Positions 9,576 to 19,842 are shown, counted from the stretch's first letter. The stretch: 64,000 bases of DNA from Gammaproteobacteria bacterium (GCA_963662545.2 CAXXLL010000002.1:96001-160000), one strand, 5' to 3'. Program-made: numbers and translations. The notes: generated from the letters alone by a model not told the origin.

Positions 9576-11117
9576 TTAATGATAGTAGCCGGGTCCACGG
9601 AGATTGCCGTGGTCGGCGGGCAGCGTGGATTCCGTCGGTGGATTCAGGGGTTGCTGGTCGAGTCCTTTTTTGAGGATGGACTCGATACTTTTGTAACGAT
9701 GGGTGCCGAGGATGAGCGCGCGGGCACAGGCCGCATTCAGTCGTTTATCGCCGTAGCTTTTGGCCAGCCGCAAGATCCCGAGGCAGGCACGGTAACCCTG
9801 CTCCGGGTGGGGTCGTTCAGCTAAGACTTGGGTGATGAGGGCGGCGGTCTCGGGGCCTATCTTCGCGGCCCAACGCTGTAATCGCTCGGGTGAGAACTGG
9901 GCCAAGTGCCGATGCTGCTCGGGCATATGCGCGGTGATGGTGGTATGCCGCCCGGGTTGATTGACACGGCGATGACAGGCCACGCGTTGGCCCTGATGGA
10001 AGCACTCGATGGTGGATGCCGTCACACGAACATCGAGTTGTCGTTTCACGAGATGATGCGGCACGGAGTAGTAATGGCGCTCGACCTCGATGTGATAGTC
10101 GATATGCACGCGTGCCTGCTTCCACTCGGCGTATTCATAGGGGGTACTCGGTAGCGGTTTCAGCGCGGGTCGGTCGATGGCCTCGAACTGGCTCTGGCGA
10201 GAACCGGGTAGTTTCTTGAAGGGTCGAAGGTTGAGCCGGATGAGCAGTTCAGCGATGGCGGCATTGAACTCGGCCAGCGAGAAGAACTGCCGATGACGCA
10301 GCGCCGCGAGGAGAGTGCGTTCGACGATCTGGACACCGACTTCGACTTTGGCTTTATCGCGTGGTTTGCGCGCCCGGGTTGGCACGACAGCGACGCCATA
10401 ATGGGTGGCCATGTCCTGGTAGGTGGGATTCAAGTCGGGCTCGTAGCGATGCGCGAGCGTGACACCGCTTTTGAGGTTATCCGGCACCACGATGTTGGGC
10501 ACACCGCCAAAGAAGCTGAATGCGCGGGTGTGGGCGCCGATCCAATCCGGCCGACTTTGCGTCCACGTCGCCTCCGCATACGTATAGTTCGAGGCGCCCA
10601 GCACGGCGACAAAGATCTCGGCCTGGCGCACCTCACCGGTCATGCGGTCAATCACCGGCATCGTCTGCCCGGCATCGTCGACGAACAGTTTGTCGCCGGC
10701 CAGATGCGTCTGGCGCATCACGACATCGAGATGGTCTCGCCAGGCACGATAACGCTCGCAGAAGGCGGAATACATGAGGCCGTCGGGATGGGCGGCCTTG
10801 TACTCCATCCACAGCAGCATCAGGGTCACGCTTTTGCGCCGCAGTTCGCGATGAATATCGGCGAAGTCCGGCAACGGTCGTGGGCCACTGGGCGGGTTGG
10901 CGCTTGAGCCGTACAGCGCCTGCTCCAGGGCGGTGTCGCTCATGCTCTCGGGCAACGGCCAAGCGATGTTCGCGGCACGCGCCCGACTCAGGCAATCACT
11001 GACCGTCGAGGCCGACGCCTTGATGGCGCGGGCTATCGCCCGGTTACTGAGTGCGGCGGCATGATGCAGCCGCACAATATCGCGTATTTTGCGCATGGAT
11101 AACCTCGTCGTGGCCAT
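9576..11117 (-). CDS. istA: IS21-family transposase IstA
   Basis: N-terminal HTH; VPDNLKSGV and KPRDKAKVEVGVQ DDE motifs. Confidence 0.93.
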   Translation of the reverse strand: MATTRLSMRKIRDIVRLHHAAALSNRAIARAIKASASTVSDCLSRARAANIAWPLPESMSDTALEQALYGSSANPPSGPRPLPDFADIHRELRRKSVTLMLLWMEYKAAHPDGLMYSAFCERYRAWRDHLDVVMRQTHLAGDKLFVDDAGQTMPVIDRMTGEVRQAEIFVAVLGASNYTYAEATWTQSRPDWIGAHTRAFSFFGGVPNIVVPDNLKSGVTLAHRYEPDLNPTYQDMATHYGVAVVPTRARKPRDKAKVEVGVQIVERTLLAALRHRQFFSLAEFNAAIAELLIRLNLRPFKKLPGSRQSQFEAIDRPALKPLPSTPYEYAEWKQARVHIDYHIEVERHYYSVPHHLVKRQLDVRVTASTIECFHQGQRVACHRRVNQPGRHTTITAHMPEQHRHLAQFSPERLQRWAAKIGPETAALITQVLAERPHPEQGYRACLGILRLAKSYGDKRLNAACARALILGTHRYKSIESILKKGLDQQPLNPPTESTLPADHGNLRGPGYYH

Positions 11118-11225
11118 GGAATTCCCCCGGACGGCAAAACGTCCAGGGTGCCATGGGCCAGTTGTTATCCTGCGGTCGTCAACGCTCCTTCAGTGCTCGA
11201 AACCGATCCCGGCAATCGCCCGAAA

Positions 11226-11343
11226 GTGATCGCGATGAGCCGGAATCGATGATCGGCATGCGCTGGAATCAGTGATCGGCATCAGCTGGAATGGGTGATC
11301 GGCTTGCGCCGGAATCGGTGATCGGCATGGGCTGGAATACGCA
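11226..11343. repeat. Five ~23-bp subterminal repeats of IS21 (transposase-binding sites); three inverted copies at 8722-8775
   Basis: (G/A)TGATCG core at 11226, 11249, 11272, 11295, 11318; GCCGATC(A/G)C at 8722, 8745, 8767. Confidence 0.85.
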
Positions 11344-11499
11344 GCGAAACGCCGTTTGCACTATCAACGACGCGCCGTGTAATATGAAAATGATGAGCAA
11401 AACACGCCCTTAGCAAGACCAAACATCTGTCCCATTTGTTTGAAGACGGACAGCAGACAACGGTAAGCTTTCGGGGCGCGGCCAGCATACGGGGACACC

Positions 11500-12480
11500 A
11501 TGAAAACAGATCATTCTGCTGAAAAAGAGCGAACTCCGGCGAGATTGAAGGCCGCCCTGCTGGTTTGCCTCCTTTTCACCCTCGCGACCGGCGAGGTCGG
11601 GGCGCAACACGGCAAGGGGTTTTACGCGAACCTGGAACTCGGGGCGAACTTCGCTCCGAGCATTCGGATTGCTGCAAACGCCAATGGCAGGGGGAGCATC
11701 TGCGACGAGCACCTGAACCCGTTTACCGATCTCATGCCGGCGTCCTGCGACGACCCGAATGCTCCCGGTACAGCCTGGAGCAACGGTTTCGGCGGGGCCA
11801 ACGGGTTCATGGGCGGTGGAGCGGTGGGATACCGCTTCCGTGACGGAGGAAGACTCCGTATGGAGCTGGAGTACCTGTTCCGCGAAACAGCGCACAACGA
11901 GACATCTCCTATCGAAGGTCGCGGCGGAGTGGCCGTAGCCAAGCTGGGCGGCGAGGTCGTCGAGGCCGTGGACCGAATAGGCAGCGTCACGTCGCATAAC
12001 CTATTCGCCAACCTTTATCTCGACTTCATCAATCGCAGCAGGTTTACGCCCTATGTGGGATTCGGTGTCGGCGTTGGGTTTACGCGGATGGACCACGGCT
12101 TGTTGTGGGTCAGGAACAGCGACCCGCGCCAGATCACCTCTATCGCGGGGTATTTTCCCGCAGACCGGCAGAACGATCTGCAGATCGTGCAGGCCAACCT
12201 AGCTTCGACAACCAGCAGCAATCAGACCGAGCTTTCGGATAGCCTGTTTGGCTACCAAGCGGTGATCGGTTTCGACTACGCCCTCACGGAGTCGGTTTCC
12301 ATCGGCCTGAAGGGGCGGCACACCATATTCCACGCTTTCGAAGACAGCAGCGACCCAGACCGGCTGCGCGGCCACATCTCAAGCAACAACCTGGACGGAA
12401 GCGACCCGGTGATATACACGATTAAGACCGATGACATAGACATGTTCGCCATCGGCTTGAGCCTGAAATATCGGTTCTAA
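11500..12480 (+). CDS. Outer-membrane beta-barrel protein (opacity/OmpA-like, Msp2/P44-like)
   Basis: Signal peptide; GGAVGYRF, LFANLYLDF, RFTPYVGFGVG, FGYQAVIGFDY strands; C-terminal LKYRF BAM-recognition Phe. Confidence 0.8.
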   Translation: MKTDHSAEKERTPARLKAALLVCLLFTLATGEVGAQHGKGFYANLELGANFAPSIRIAANANGRGSICDEHLNPFTDLMPASCDDPNAPGTAWSNGFGGANGFMGGGAVGYRFRDGGRLRMELEYLFRETAHNETSPIEGRGGVAVAKLGGEVVEAVDRIGSVTSHNLFANLYLDFINRSRFTPYVGFGVGVGFTRMDHGLLWVRNSDPRQITSIAGYFPADRQNDLQIVQANLASTTSSNQTELSDSLFGYQAVIGFDYALTESVSIGLKGRHTIFHAFEDSSDPDRLRGHISSNNLDGSDPVIYTIKTDDIDMFAIGLSLKYRF

Positions 12481-12563
12481 AGCGCTCCGGGCCATGAGTT
12501 CTTCACCTGCACAACAGCAGGCAACACCCAAACTGGACTTTTCATGGTCTACACCCACAAGAT

Positions 12564-12710
12564 TGAACTCGCCCCCAGCCTGTCTGACGTCAGCGCTTAT
12601 GGAACAGATTTAGTTGTGGTTTAAGAGCGTGTTTTTGTTCATCCAAGCTGAGGAGTTGAGATGAGACAGAAACGGGCAGGACGGCCATCGTCGTCAGAAC
12701 ACCTCATTAA
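12564..12710 (+). mobile_element. IS3-family left-end remnant, cut by IS6
   Basis: TGAACTCGCCCC-type end, RBS GAGGAG and ORF start MRQKRAGRPSSSEHLIK (12661), resembling IS3 orfA starts, stopping at the IS6 end. Confidence 0.5.
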
Positions 12711-13487
12711 GGCGTACTGACAAGTTATTGTCCCTGGACCGCAGAATTTTGCTCTCCAGTTTTACGCCACTGCCGATGACCAATTATTAAACGCATCTTC
12801 CCTGAGATTTCGATAATGTGCGGCTTTGACTAAGTGACGACCCAGATTGAACAAGTTGTAAACGGCAGCGTGAACAGTCAAGAATCTTCCCGCGTGCCTT
12901 GGTGACTTGAATCTCCGCATCCCGCGCTCCCTCACGCTGGTTAGTTCGTGCGATTGCTCTGCTCGATTATTAGCATATTGCGCTGTATCGTGTATCGCTT
13001 CAGGAATAATCTCCCGATGCGCCACGCAATAACTCCGCAATTTGTCTGTCACGATCCGCCTGGGTTCGCCGCCATGGCTTCTCAGTAAGCGCTTGAAGAA
13101 ACGCTTTGCAGCCGCGCCATCTCTACGGCTTTGGAGAAACACGTCCACCCCTTCACCATCCTGATCGACTGCCCGCCATAGATAATGCTGTTTGCCATTG
13201 ATCTGCACGAAGACTTCATCGATGAAGAAGGTATCGCCGTAGCCATGATGCTTTCGCTTCAGTCGCCTGGCGAACCTGGGACCGAACTTGATACACCAGA
13301 GCCGAATGGTTTCGTAGGTGACGGTGATGCCTCGCTGAGCAAGCAAATCTTCGATATCACGGTGGCTGAGGTTGAATCTGCAGTAAAGCCAGACTGCATA
13401 GCTGATGATCTCAGGTGGGAACCGGTAACGTTTGTAGATATTCATTCCGGAATTATCCATTTTCGAGAGTTAAGTTGTCAGTACGCA
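12711..13487 (-). mobile_element. IS6-family insertion sequence
   Basis: Inverted ends GGCGTACTGACAA / TTGTCAGTACGC; single transposase; no 8-bp target duplication. Confidence 0.9.
12762..13460 (-). CDS. IS6-family transposase
   Basis: YRFPPEIISYAVWLY, IDEVFV, YLWRAVDQDG, VTDKLRSY, NNRAEQSH motifs. Confidence 0.92.
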   Translation of the reverse strand: MDNSGMNIYKRYRFPPEIISYAVWLYCRFNLSHRDIEDLLAQRGITVTYETIRLWCIKFGPRFARRLKRKHHGYGDTFFIDEVFVQINGKQHYLWRAVDQDGEGVDVFLQSRRDGAAAKRFFKRLLRSHGGEPRRIVTDKLRSYCVAHREIIPEAIHDTAQYANNRAEQSHELTSVRERGMRRFKSPRHAGRFLTVHAAVYNLFNLGRHLVKAAHYRNLREDAFNNWSSAVA

Positions 13488-13522
13488 CAAGGCGATTAAA
13501 GAAGGCGTAGAGGAGGAACCGA

Positions 13523-13660
13523 ATGAACAAACAGAACCGGAAGCGGGCTAAAAAGAAGCTTGGCAACAAGCCGCTAATCAACATAAAACCGTCCAGTCAC
13601 CAGCCATCTAAGGCTGAGCTGGAAGAGACAATTCACTTGGCGGTCAGCCCCGAGAAGTAG
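13523..13660 (+). CDS. Small basic ORF (45 aa), possibly prematurely stopped
   Basis: Strong RBS AGGAGG; MNKQNRKRAKKKLGNKPLINIKPSSHQPSKAELEETIHLAVSPEK*; the frame stays open after the TAG. Confidence 0.35.
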   Translation: MNKQNRKRAKKKLGNKPLINIKPSSHQPSKAELEETIHLAVSPEK

Positions 13661-13921
13661 GGCGCGCTGCTCAAGAAAATAACTGTCTTGATCGAGGGGC
13701 AACCGCGGGTTGTGGGACACGCATGAGCGCACCGAGATCCAATAGCCGATGCGCCGCAAGAGCTAACCGATGCGCCGCAACTGCAACGCAACAAATACCG
13801 CACCGCAGCAAAGGGTCCTCCTGGGCGGGGTGTGGGGGCCGCCGTTGGGGTGTATGGCAAAATCTCACTATTTTTCGGATGGCGTAAACGTGAGACACTT
13901 TAGACACTTTAGGGAAAAGCT

Positions 13922-14485
13922 ATGACTGTAACGATTAAGGTCGGCGATGTGCGGGATCGGCTGCGTGAACGTGAGACACTCCGATCCACTATGACCCCCG
14001 CCAAATTCCGCGCTAAGGTCAACGCTTGTGGGTCTGCTGAAATCGCGCAGAGAGCGGGCACGACGCGCCGTTCGGTTGATCGTGCGCGTGCACGTGGAGC
14101 GCCGCCCCGCGGCGAGCGTGGAGACGCGATGCTTGCTGCCATCGCGGCGCTATCCGCGAAGCCAGTTGAGTCGAATGGGGCGGAGCACCGCGCGGACGGC
14201 CAGCATGACAGCGCGATCTATCGAGATGAGCGCGGCCTCTTAACGAGGGAGAGGCGGATACAGATGGAGCGCCAGAACGCCGTCGAGGCCGGCGAGCTGG
14301 TGAGCACGTCTGAGGTTCTAGCCCGTGTCTTGTCGGCGGCGTCGGTGCTTCGAATGGGCCACGAAAACGCGCGGCGCAACGTCGAGTCGGTGTGCTGCGG
14401 ATCGTGCCGAGGCCCAGCCGCGGAGACCGTTGACGAGGTATTCGCCGCGACTGCAAAGGCTGTCGGGGAGGCGTTGCGGGGATGA
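13922..14485 (+). CDS. Putative phage terminase small subunit (Nu1-like: HTH + coiled coil)
   Basis: HTH-like SAEIAQRAGTTRRSVDR; RERRIQMERQNAVEAGELVSTSEV resembles the Nu1-type coiled-coil GELV motif; cos-like DNA upstream. Confidence 0.55.
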   Translation: MTVTIKVGDVRDRLRERETLRSTMTPAKFRAKVNACGSAEIAQRAGTTRRSVDRARARGAPPRGERGDAMLAAIAALSAKPVESNGAEHRADGQHDSAIYRDERGLLTRERRIQMERQNAVEAGELVSTSEVLARVLSAASVLRMGHENARRNVESVCCGSCRGPAAETVDEVFAATAKAVGEALRG

Positions 14486-14521
14486 ACCGCATTCACGAGA
14501 GAGCGGCGTGCCCTGGCCCTG

Positions 14522-14906
14522 GCGGACGCTGACACGATCCATTTCACGAAGCCTTCAATTGCAGAAGTTAATCATGTCTTCGCCAAGTGCCATCAGCATA
14601 TCCACCAGTCCGACAAAATCAGCCAAGCGAAGGGGTTTGAAGAATTCGTTAAGCTCATCACGCTCAAGCTCCTTTCCGATAAGTCAATCAAGGAAACCTA
14701 TCCTGGCCTAGCCGCCGAACGGCGATTCGAGCATCCATCTGACGAGGTAACATTTTCCCTTCGATGGATTAAGGCGCATGAAGCGTCAACGCCTAATCCT
14801 GTCAACTCGATACTGTTCAAGGACTTCATGGACGATATGGAGAAGCAGATCGCCAGAAGAGTCAGAAAGCGGTTCTTTGACAAAGACGAACAGATAGATC
14901 TCAAAC
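14522..14906 (+). pseudogene. Internal fragment of an N6-adenine DNA methylase (HsdM / type IIG-like)
   Basis: Start-less open frame ...VNHVFAKCHQHIHQSDKISQAKGFEEFVKLITLKLLSDK...FFDKDEQIDLK cut by the IS3 end; resembles HsdM N-terminal helical regions. Confidence 0.5.
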
Positions 14907-14956
14907 TGAACCGCTCCGGCTTTACCGGAGGCTCCAAATCTTGAGAGGATTGGAGC

Positions 14957-16182
<1,226 letters not shown>

Positions 16183-16221
16183 CTCAAACTAATGAGCCTC
16201 CGATATTCCCGGGGCGGTTCA

Positions 16222-17654
16222 CCGATACAACTCAAGCGTTTTACGGCCTCATCGGAACGGTCGATGTTGACGAGTAACACGGCCAGACTCAGCTCAACAC
16301 GTAGCGTATCCGGATGGTCATCGCCGAGGACGGCGCGGCGTTTCTCCAACGCCGTCCGGTACAAGGGTTCGGCCTCGGCGTAGCGGCCCTGGGAGTCGTA
16401 GAGAAACGCGAGGTTGTTGAGGCTAGTGAGCGTCTGCGGATGGTCATCACCGAGGACGGCGCGGCTTTTCTCCAACACCGACTGGTACAAGGGCTCGGCC
16501 TCGGCGTAGCGGCCCTGGGAGTCGTAGAGAGACGCGAGGTTGTTGAGGCTAGTGAGCGTCTGCGGATGGTCATCACCGAGAACGGCGCGGCGTTTCTCCA
16601 ACACCGACTGGTACAAGGGCTCGGCCTCGGCGTAGCGGCCCTGGGAGTCGTAGAGAGACGCGAGGTTGTTGAGGCTAATGAGCGTCTGCGGATGGTCATC
16701 ACCGAGGACGGCGCGGCTTTTCTCCAACACCGACTGGTACAAGGGCTCGGCCTCGGCGTAGCGGCCCTGGGAGTCGTAGAGCCCCGCGAGGTTGTTGAGG
16801 CTACTGAGCGTTTGCGGATGGTCGTCGCCGAGGACGGCGCGGCTTTTCTCCAACGCCGTCCGGAACAAGGGCTCGGCCTCGGCGTAGCGGCCCTGGGCTC
16901 TGTAGAGCGCCGCGAGGTTGTTGACGCTAATGAGCGTATCCGGATGGTCGTCGCCGAGGACGGCGCGGCTTTTCTCCAACGCCGTCCGGAACAAGGGCTC
17001 GGCCTCGGCGTAGCGGCCCTGGGAGTCGTAGAGCCCCGCGAGGTTGTTGAGGCTAATGAGCGTATCCGGATGGTCGTCGCCGAGGACGGCGCGGCTTTTC
17101 TCCAACGCCGTCCGGAACAAGGGCTCGGCCTCGGCGTAGCGGCCCTGGGCTCTGTAGAGCGCCGCGAGGTTGTTGACACTAATGAGCGTATCCGGATGGT
17201 CGTCGCCGAGGACAGCGCGGCTTTTCTCCAACGCCGTCCGGAACAAGGGCTCGGCCTCGGCGTAGCGGCCCTGGGAGTCGTAGAGCCCCGCGAGGTTGTT
17301 GAGGCTAATGAGCGTATCCGGATGGTCGTCGCCGAGGACGGCGCGGCTTTTCTCCAACACCGTCCGGTACAAGGGCTCGGCCTCGGCGTAGCGGCCCTGG
17401 GCTCTGTAGAGCGCCGCGAGGTTATTCATGAACGCCAACATTTTCGGGTCCGTCGGCGCCAGTGACGCCTCCGCTTCTTTCAAGAGGCGTTCGCCCACTA
17501 CAATTGCATCGCTATATTTGCCTGTGCGATACAGCTCGAACAGGCGGGCGTTGAGTTTGTAGAGGTCCTCGGTCTGAGCGGTAGCTGTGGGACCGCCTGA
17601 TACCGCCGCAACGACAAGAATTACTCGGAGAAATGAATTTATGGCTCTACTCAT
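16222..17654 (-). pseudogene. Exported TPR-repeat protein (kinesin-light-chain-type 42-aa repeats), truncated by IS3
   Basis: Signal peptide; nine repeats of LNNLAxLYxxQGRYAEAEPL...EKSRAVLGDDHP; the ORF runs into the IS3 end at 16221. Confidence 0.85.
16305..17440 (-). repeat. Nine tandem 126-bp coding repeats (TPR units)
   Basis: Near-identical recurrence of GGCCTCGGCGTAGCGGCCCTGGG every 126 bp. Confidence 0.92.
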
Positions 17655-17808
17655 GACACTGACTAAGCCTTCCTTAGTTATGCATCCCCGTATATGAGCT
17701 TCTATCCGAAACTCAACTCAAAATGCTCGAAAGTGGGGAGCGGACTAACCTCGCTGAGGCAATAAGCAGGTATACCTGTCGTGCAGATGCTGCGTCACAT
17801 TCCATTCG

Positions 17809-19053
17809 TTACACACCAATCACCGAGAAAACACGGCTACCCGCGAGACTCATGTTGCCGGTTGCTGCCTTCTCGATACGCTCACTCCACCAGTTCATCA
17901 TAGGAATGCGACGTGCTACATATTCGGCTCGATTATAGGCGTTGCGGACTTCATCCTTTCCGGAGTGGGCCAGCGCGGCTTCAATCACTTCAGGGTCAAA
18001 GCCCTGGTCGTTGAGTGTAGTACTTGCTAAAGCTCGCATGCCGTGGGCAACCAGCGTCTTATCGAACCCCATCCGTTTAAGTGCAGTGTTGGCAGTTTGC
18101 GGATGCGCATGCCTTCTTGTGTTTCTGTCGGAGGGAAAGACAAACTTGCTGCGGCCACTGATCGGTTTGATCAGTTCCAGTAGCTGGACGGCTTGAGGAG
18201 ATAGCGGCACGGTATGAGGCTTGTTCTTTTTCATCCTCTCGGCCGGGATCGCCCAGACATTCTTGGTTAAGTCGATTTCAACCCAGCGCGTACCAGCTGC
18301 TTCGCCGGGGCGCACCATCGTGTGAAGCTGCCATTCAATCAGGCAACGTGTCGTGAGCTTGATGCTGGCGACCGAGAGCGCTTTCATCAATGCGGGGAGC
18401 TGCGCCGGAGTTAACGTTGGTTGGTGCCGCTTGGCAGGCGTTTGGAACGCCTTACCAATGCCGGTCAAAGGATTAGCGGCTACGACGCCGCTATTCACGG
18501 CATACGTCATCACTTCGTTTAGCCGTTGGCAGAGCCGTTTTACCGTTTCCAGGTTTCCTTTTGCGGCAATCGGCGTTATGGCTTCGATGACCTTCACCGC
18601 CGTGATCTTATATATGGGGATCTTTCCGAGAGTGGGGAAAATATGTAATTGAAGCGATCGCCAGGTATCTTCGGCATGTTCCGGCGTAACGGTGGTCTTT
18701 TTGATTTCCAGCCATTGTGAGGCGATGGATTTCAGGGTGTTGTTGTGAGCAGCTTCATGTTCGCGCGCGCACTCATCTCGATATTCCTGCGGATCGATGT
18801 CTTGGGCGAGGAGTGCTCTGGCTTCGTCACGTTTAACACGAGCGGCCGCCAGCGATATGGACGGGTAGGCGCCGAAACTCAGGCTCGTGCGGGCCTTGGT
18901 ATAAGGGCGGCGATAATCTAATAGCCACACCTTGGAACCGTTCGGTTTCACGCGAAGCTGCAATCCGCCGCCGTCTGAAAGCGTGTATATCGTGCCCTTT
19001 TGCTTTGCTTGGCTGACTTCCGTATTGGTCAGTGGTTTGGTGGTGCGTGCCAT
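17809..19053 (-). CDS. P4-like (IntA/SlpA-type) island integrase
   Basis: Arm-binding N-terminus LSDGGGLQLRVKPNGSK; MVRPGEA, HGMRALAST, LAH, AYNRAEY; adjacent to the tmRNA 3' end. Confidence 0.93.
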   Translation of the reverse strand: MARTTKPLTNTEVSQAKQKGTIYTLSDGGGLQLRVKPNGSKVWLLDYRRPYTKARTSLSFGAYPSISLAAARVKRDEARALLAQDIDPQEYRDECAREHEAAHNNTLKSIASQWLEIKKTTVTPEHAEDTWRSLQLHIFPTLGKIPIYKITAVKVIEAITPIAAKGNLETVKRLCQRLNEVMTYAVNSGVVAANPLTGIGKAFQTPAKRHQPTLTPAQLPALMKALSVASIKLTTRCLIEWQLHTMVRPGEAAGTRWVEIDLTKNVWAIPAERMKKNKPHTVPLSPQAVQLLELIKPISGRSKFVFPSDRNTRRHAHPQTANTALKRMGFDKTLVAHGMRALASTTLNDQGFDPEVIEAALAHSGKDEVRNAYNRAEYVARRIPMMNWWSERIEKAATGNMSLAGSRVFSVIGV

Positions 19054-19110
19054 TTTAGTAGTACCGCTGATTGCCTTCCGGCGATGGTACTACAATCAGT
19101 ACTACTAAAA
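19053..19110. promoter_or_regulatory. Inverted/direct GTACTAC repeats upstream of the integrase (probable arm-type att sites)
   Basis: Perfect 12-bp inverted repeat TTTTAGTAGTAC (19053-19064) / GTACTACTAAAA (19099-19110) plus an extra GTACTAC at 19087. Confidence 0.55.
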
Positions 19111-19150
19111 TCTATGGATTCGCTAGAACTAGCTAGAATCGCATAGGCAT

Positions 19151-19188
19151 AAAAAAAGCCCTTAATCACAAGTAATCAAGGGCTTTTT
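19151..19188 (-). terminator. Intrinsic terminator downstream of tmRNA
   Basis: AAAAAAAGCCCTT...AAGGGCTTTTT hairpin with T/A tracts on both sides. Confidence 0.8.
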
Positions 19189-19220
19189 CGGTATTCTTCG
19201 GATGTCGAAGAATCTCTTGT

Positions 19221-19583
19221 TGGTGGAGGCGGCGGGAGTCGAACCCGCGTCCGCAAGCCCTCTGCCGTCGGTTCTACATGCTTATCCGAGTCTATTAATT
19301 TAACCGACTGCCACCCGACCGGCAGGGAAAGCAGTCAGCGATTCCGATTAAGTTTTAACGGATCCGCCTCGGATTGCTTCACCGCGATCTTGTGAGCAAT
19401 GACGCCCGAAATCTGGACGCACAAGTACGGCTCCAGTCGGACGGCACCCTACTGGGTTTTAAGCAGCGAGTGCGTAGTTGTCGTCGTTGGCAACTATAAG
19501 GTTTGCAGTTGTATTAACGAGGTGTGCTGCCCCTCGGCATGCCCCTTCGGTTTCGCGACCCGCGTCGAAGCCGTGACGCCCCC
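19221..19583 (-). ncRNA. ssrA: tmRNA; tag (A)ANDDNYALAA
   Basis: 5' GGGGGCG pairs with 3' CGCCTCC-A-CCA including G3.U; T-arm GGTTCGACTCC; tag frame GCC AAC GAC GAC AAC TAC GCA CTC GCT GCT TAA; smpB nearby. Confidence 0.97.
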
Positions 19584-19605
19584 AAAAGGAAGCTCACAGT
19601 ATAAA

Positions 19606-19767
19606 GGAACCTCTGAATAAGTCATGGCACATCTGCCTTGCCCATGAAATGGCGCAGTTCGGCGTTACGAACCTTGCCCATAGTCCCCGCTATGGCCTGC
19701 GATTCGTGCCTTGATCTGCACAATTGCATGAACATTTCAGACGCACCATGACTTATTCAGAGGTTCC
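19606..19767. mobile_element. MITE family A, copy 1 (162 bp)
   Basis: 22-bp TIR GGAACCTCTGAATAAGTCATGG / CCATGACTTATTCAGAGGTTCC; TAAA on both sides. Confidence 0.85.
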
Positions 19768-19842
19768 TAAAGCATAAAACGAACGCTCTCGTACTCATTT
19801 TACGGCGCCGGCTGGATTTTGTTCCGGGGGGCGATGTCCTAG

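Larger units (their letters stand above)
8706..11343 (-). mobile_element. IS21-family insertion sequence (istA/istB)
   Basis: Terminal inverted repeats TGCGTATTCC (8706) / GGAATACGCA (11334-11343); multiple subterminal ~23-bp repeats; istA and istB inside; no flanking target duplication. Confidence 0.93.

Noticed and set aside
11226-11343. 23-bp periodic repeats resembling a mini-CRISPR or iteron array
   Set aside because: No unique spacers, mirrored at the other IS end, no cas genes; these are the normal multiple terminal repeats of IS21 elements.
16289-17465. Long alternative-frame repeat ORFs (296 aa minus strand, 383 aa plus strand)
   Set aside because: Shadows of the 126-bp TPR repeat; only the TPR frame has a signal peptide and a known fold.
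19399-19620. 73-aa plus-strand ORF
   Set aside because: Antisense to tmRNA and ends in the MITE.
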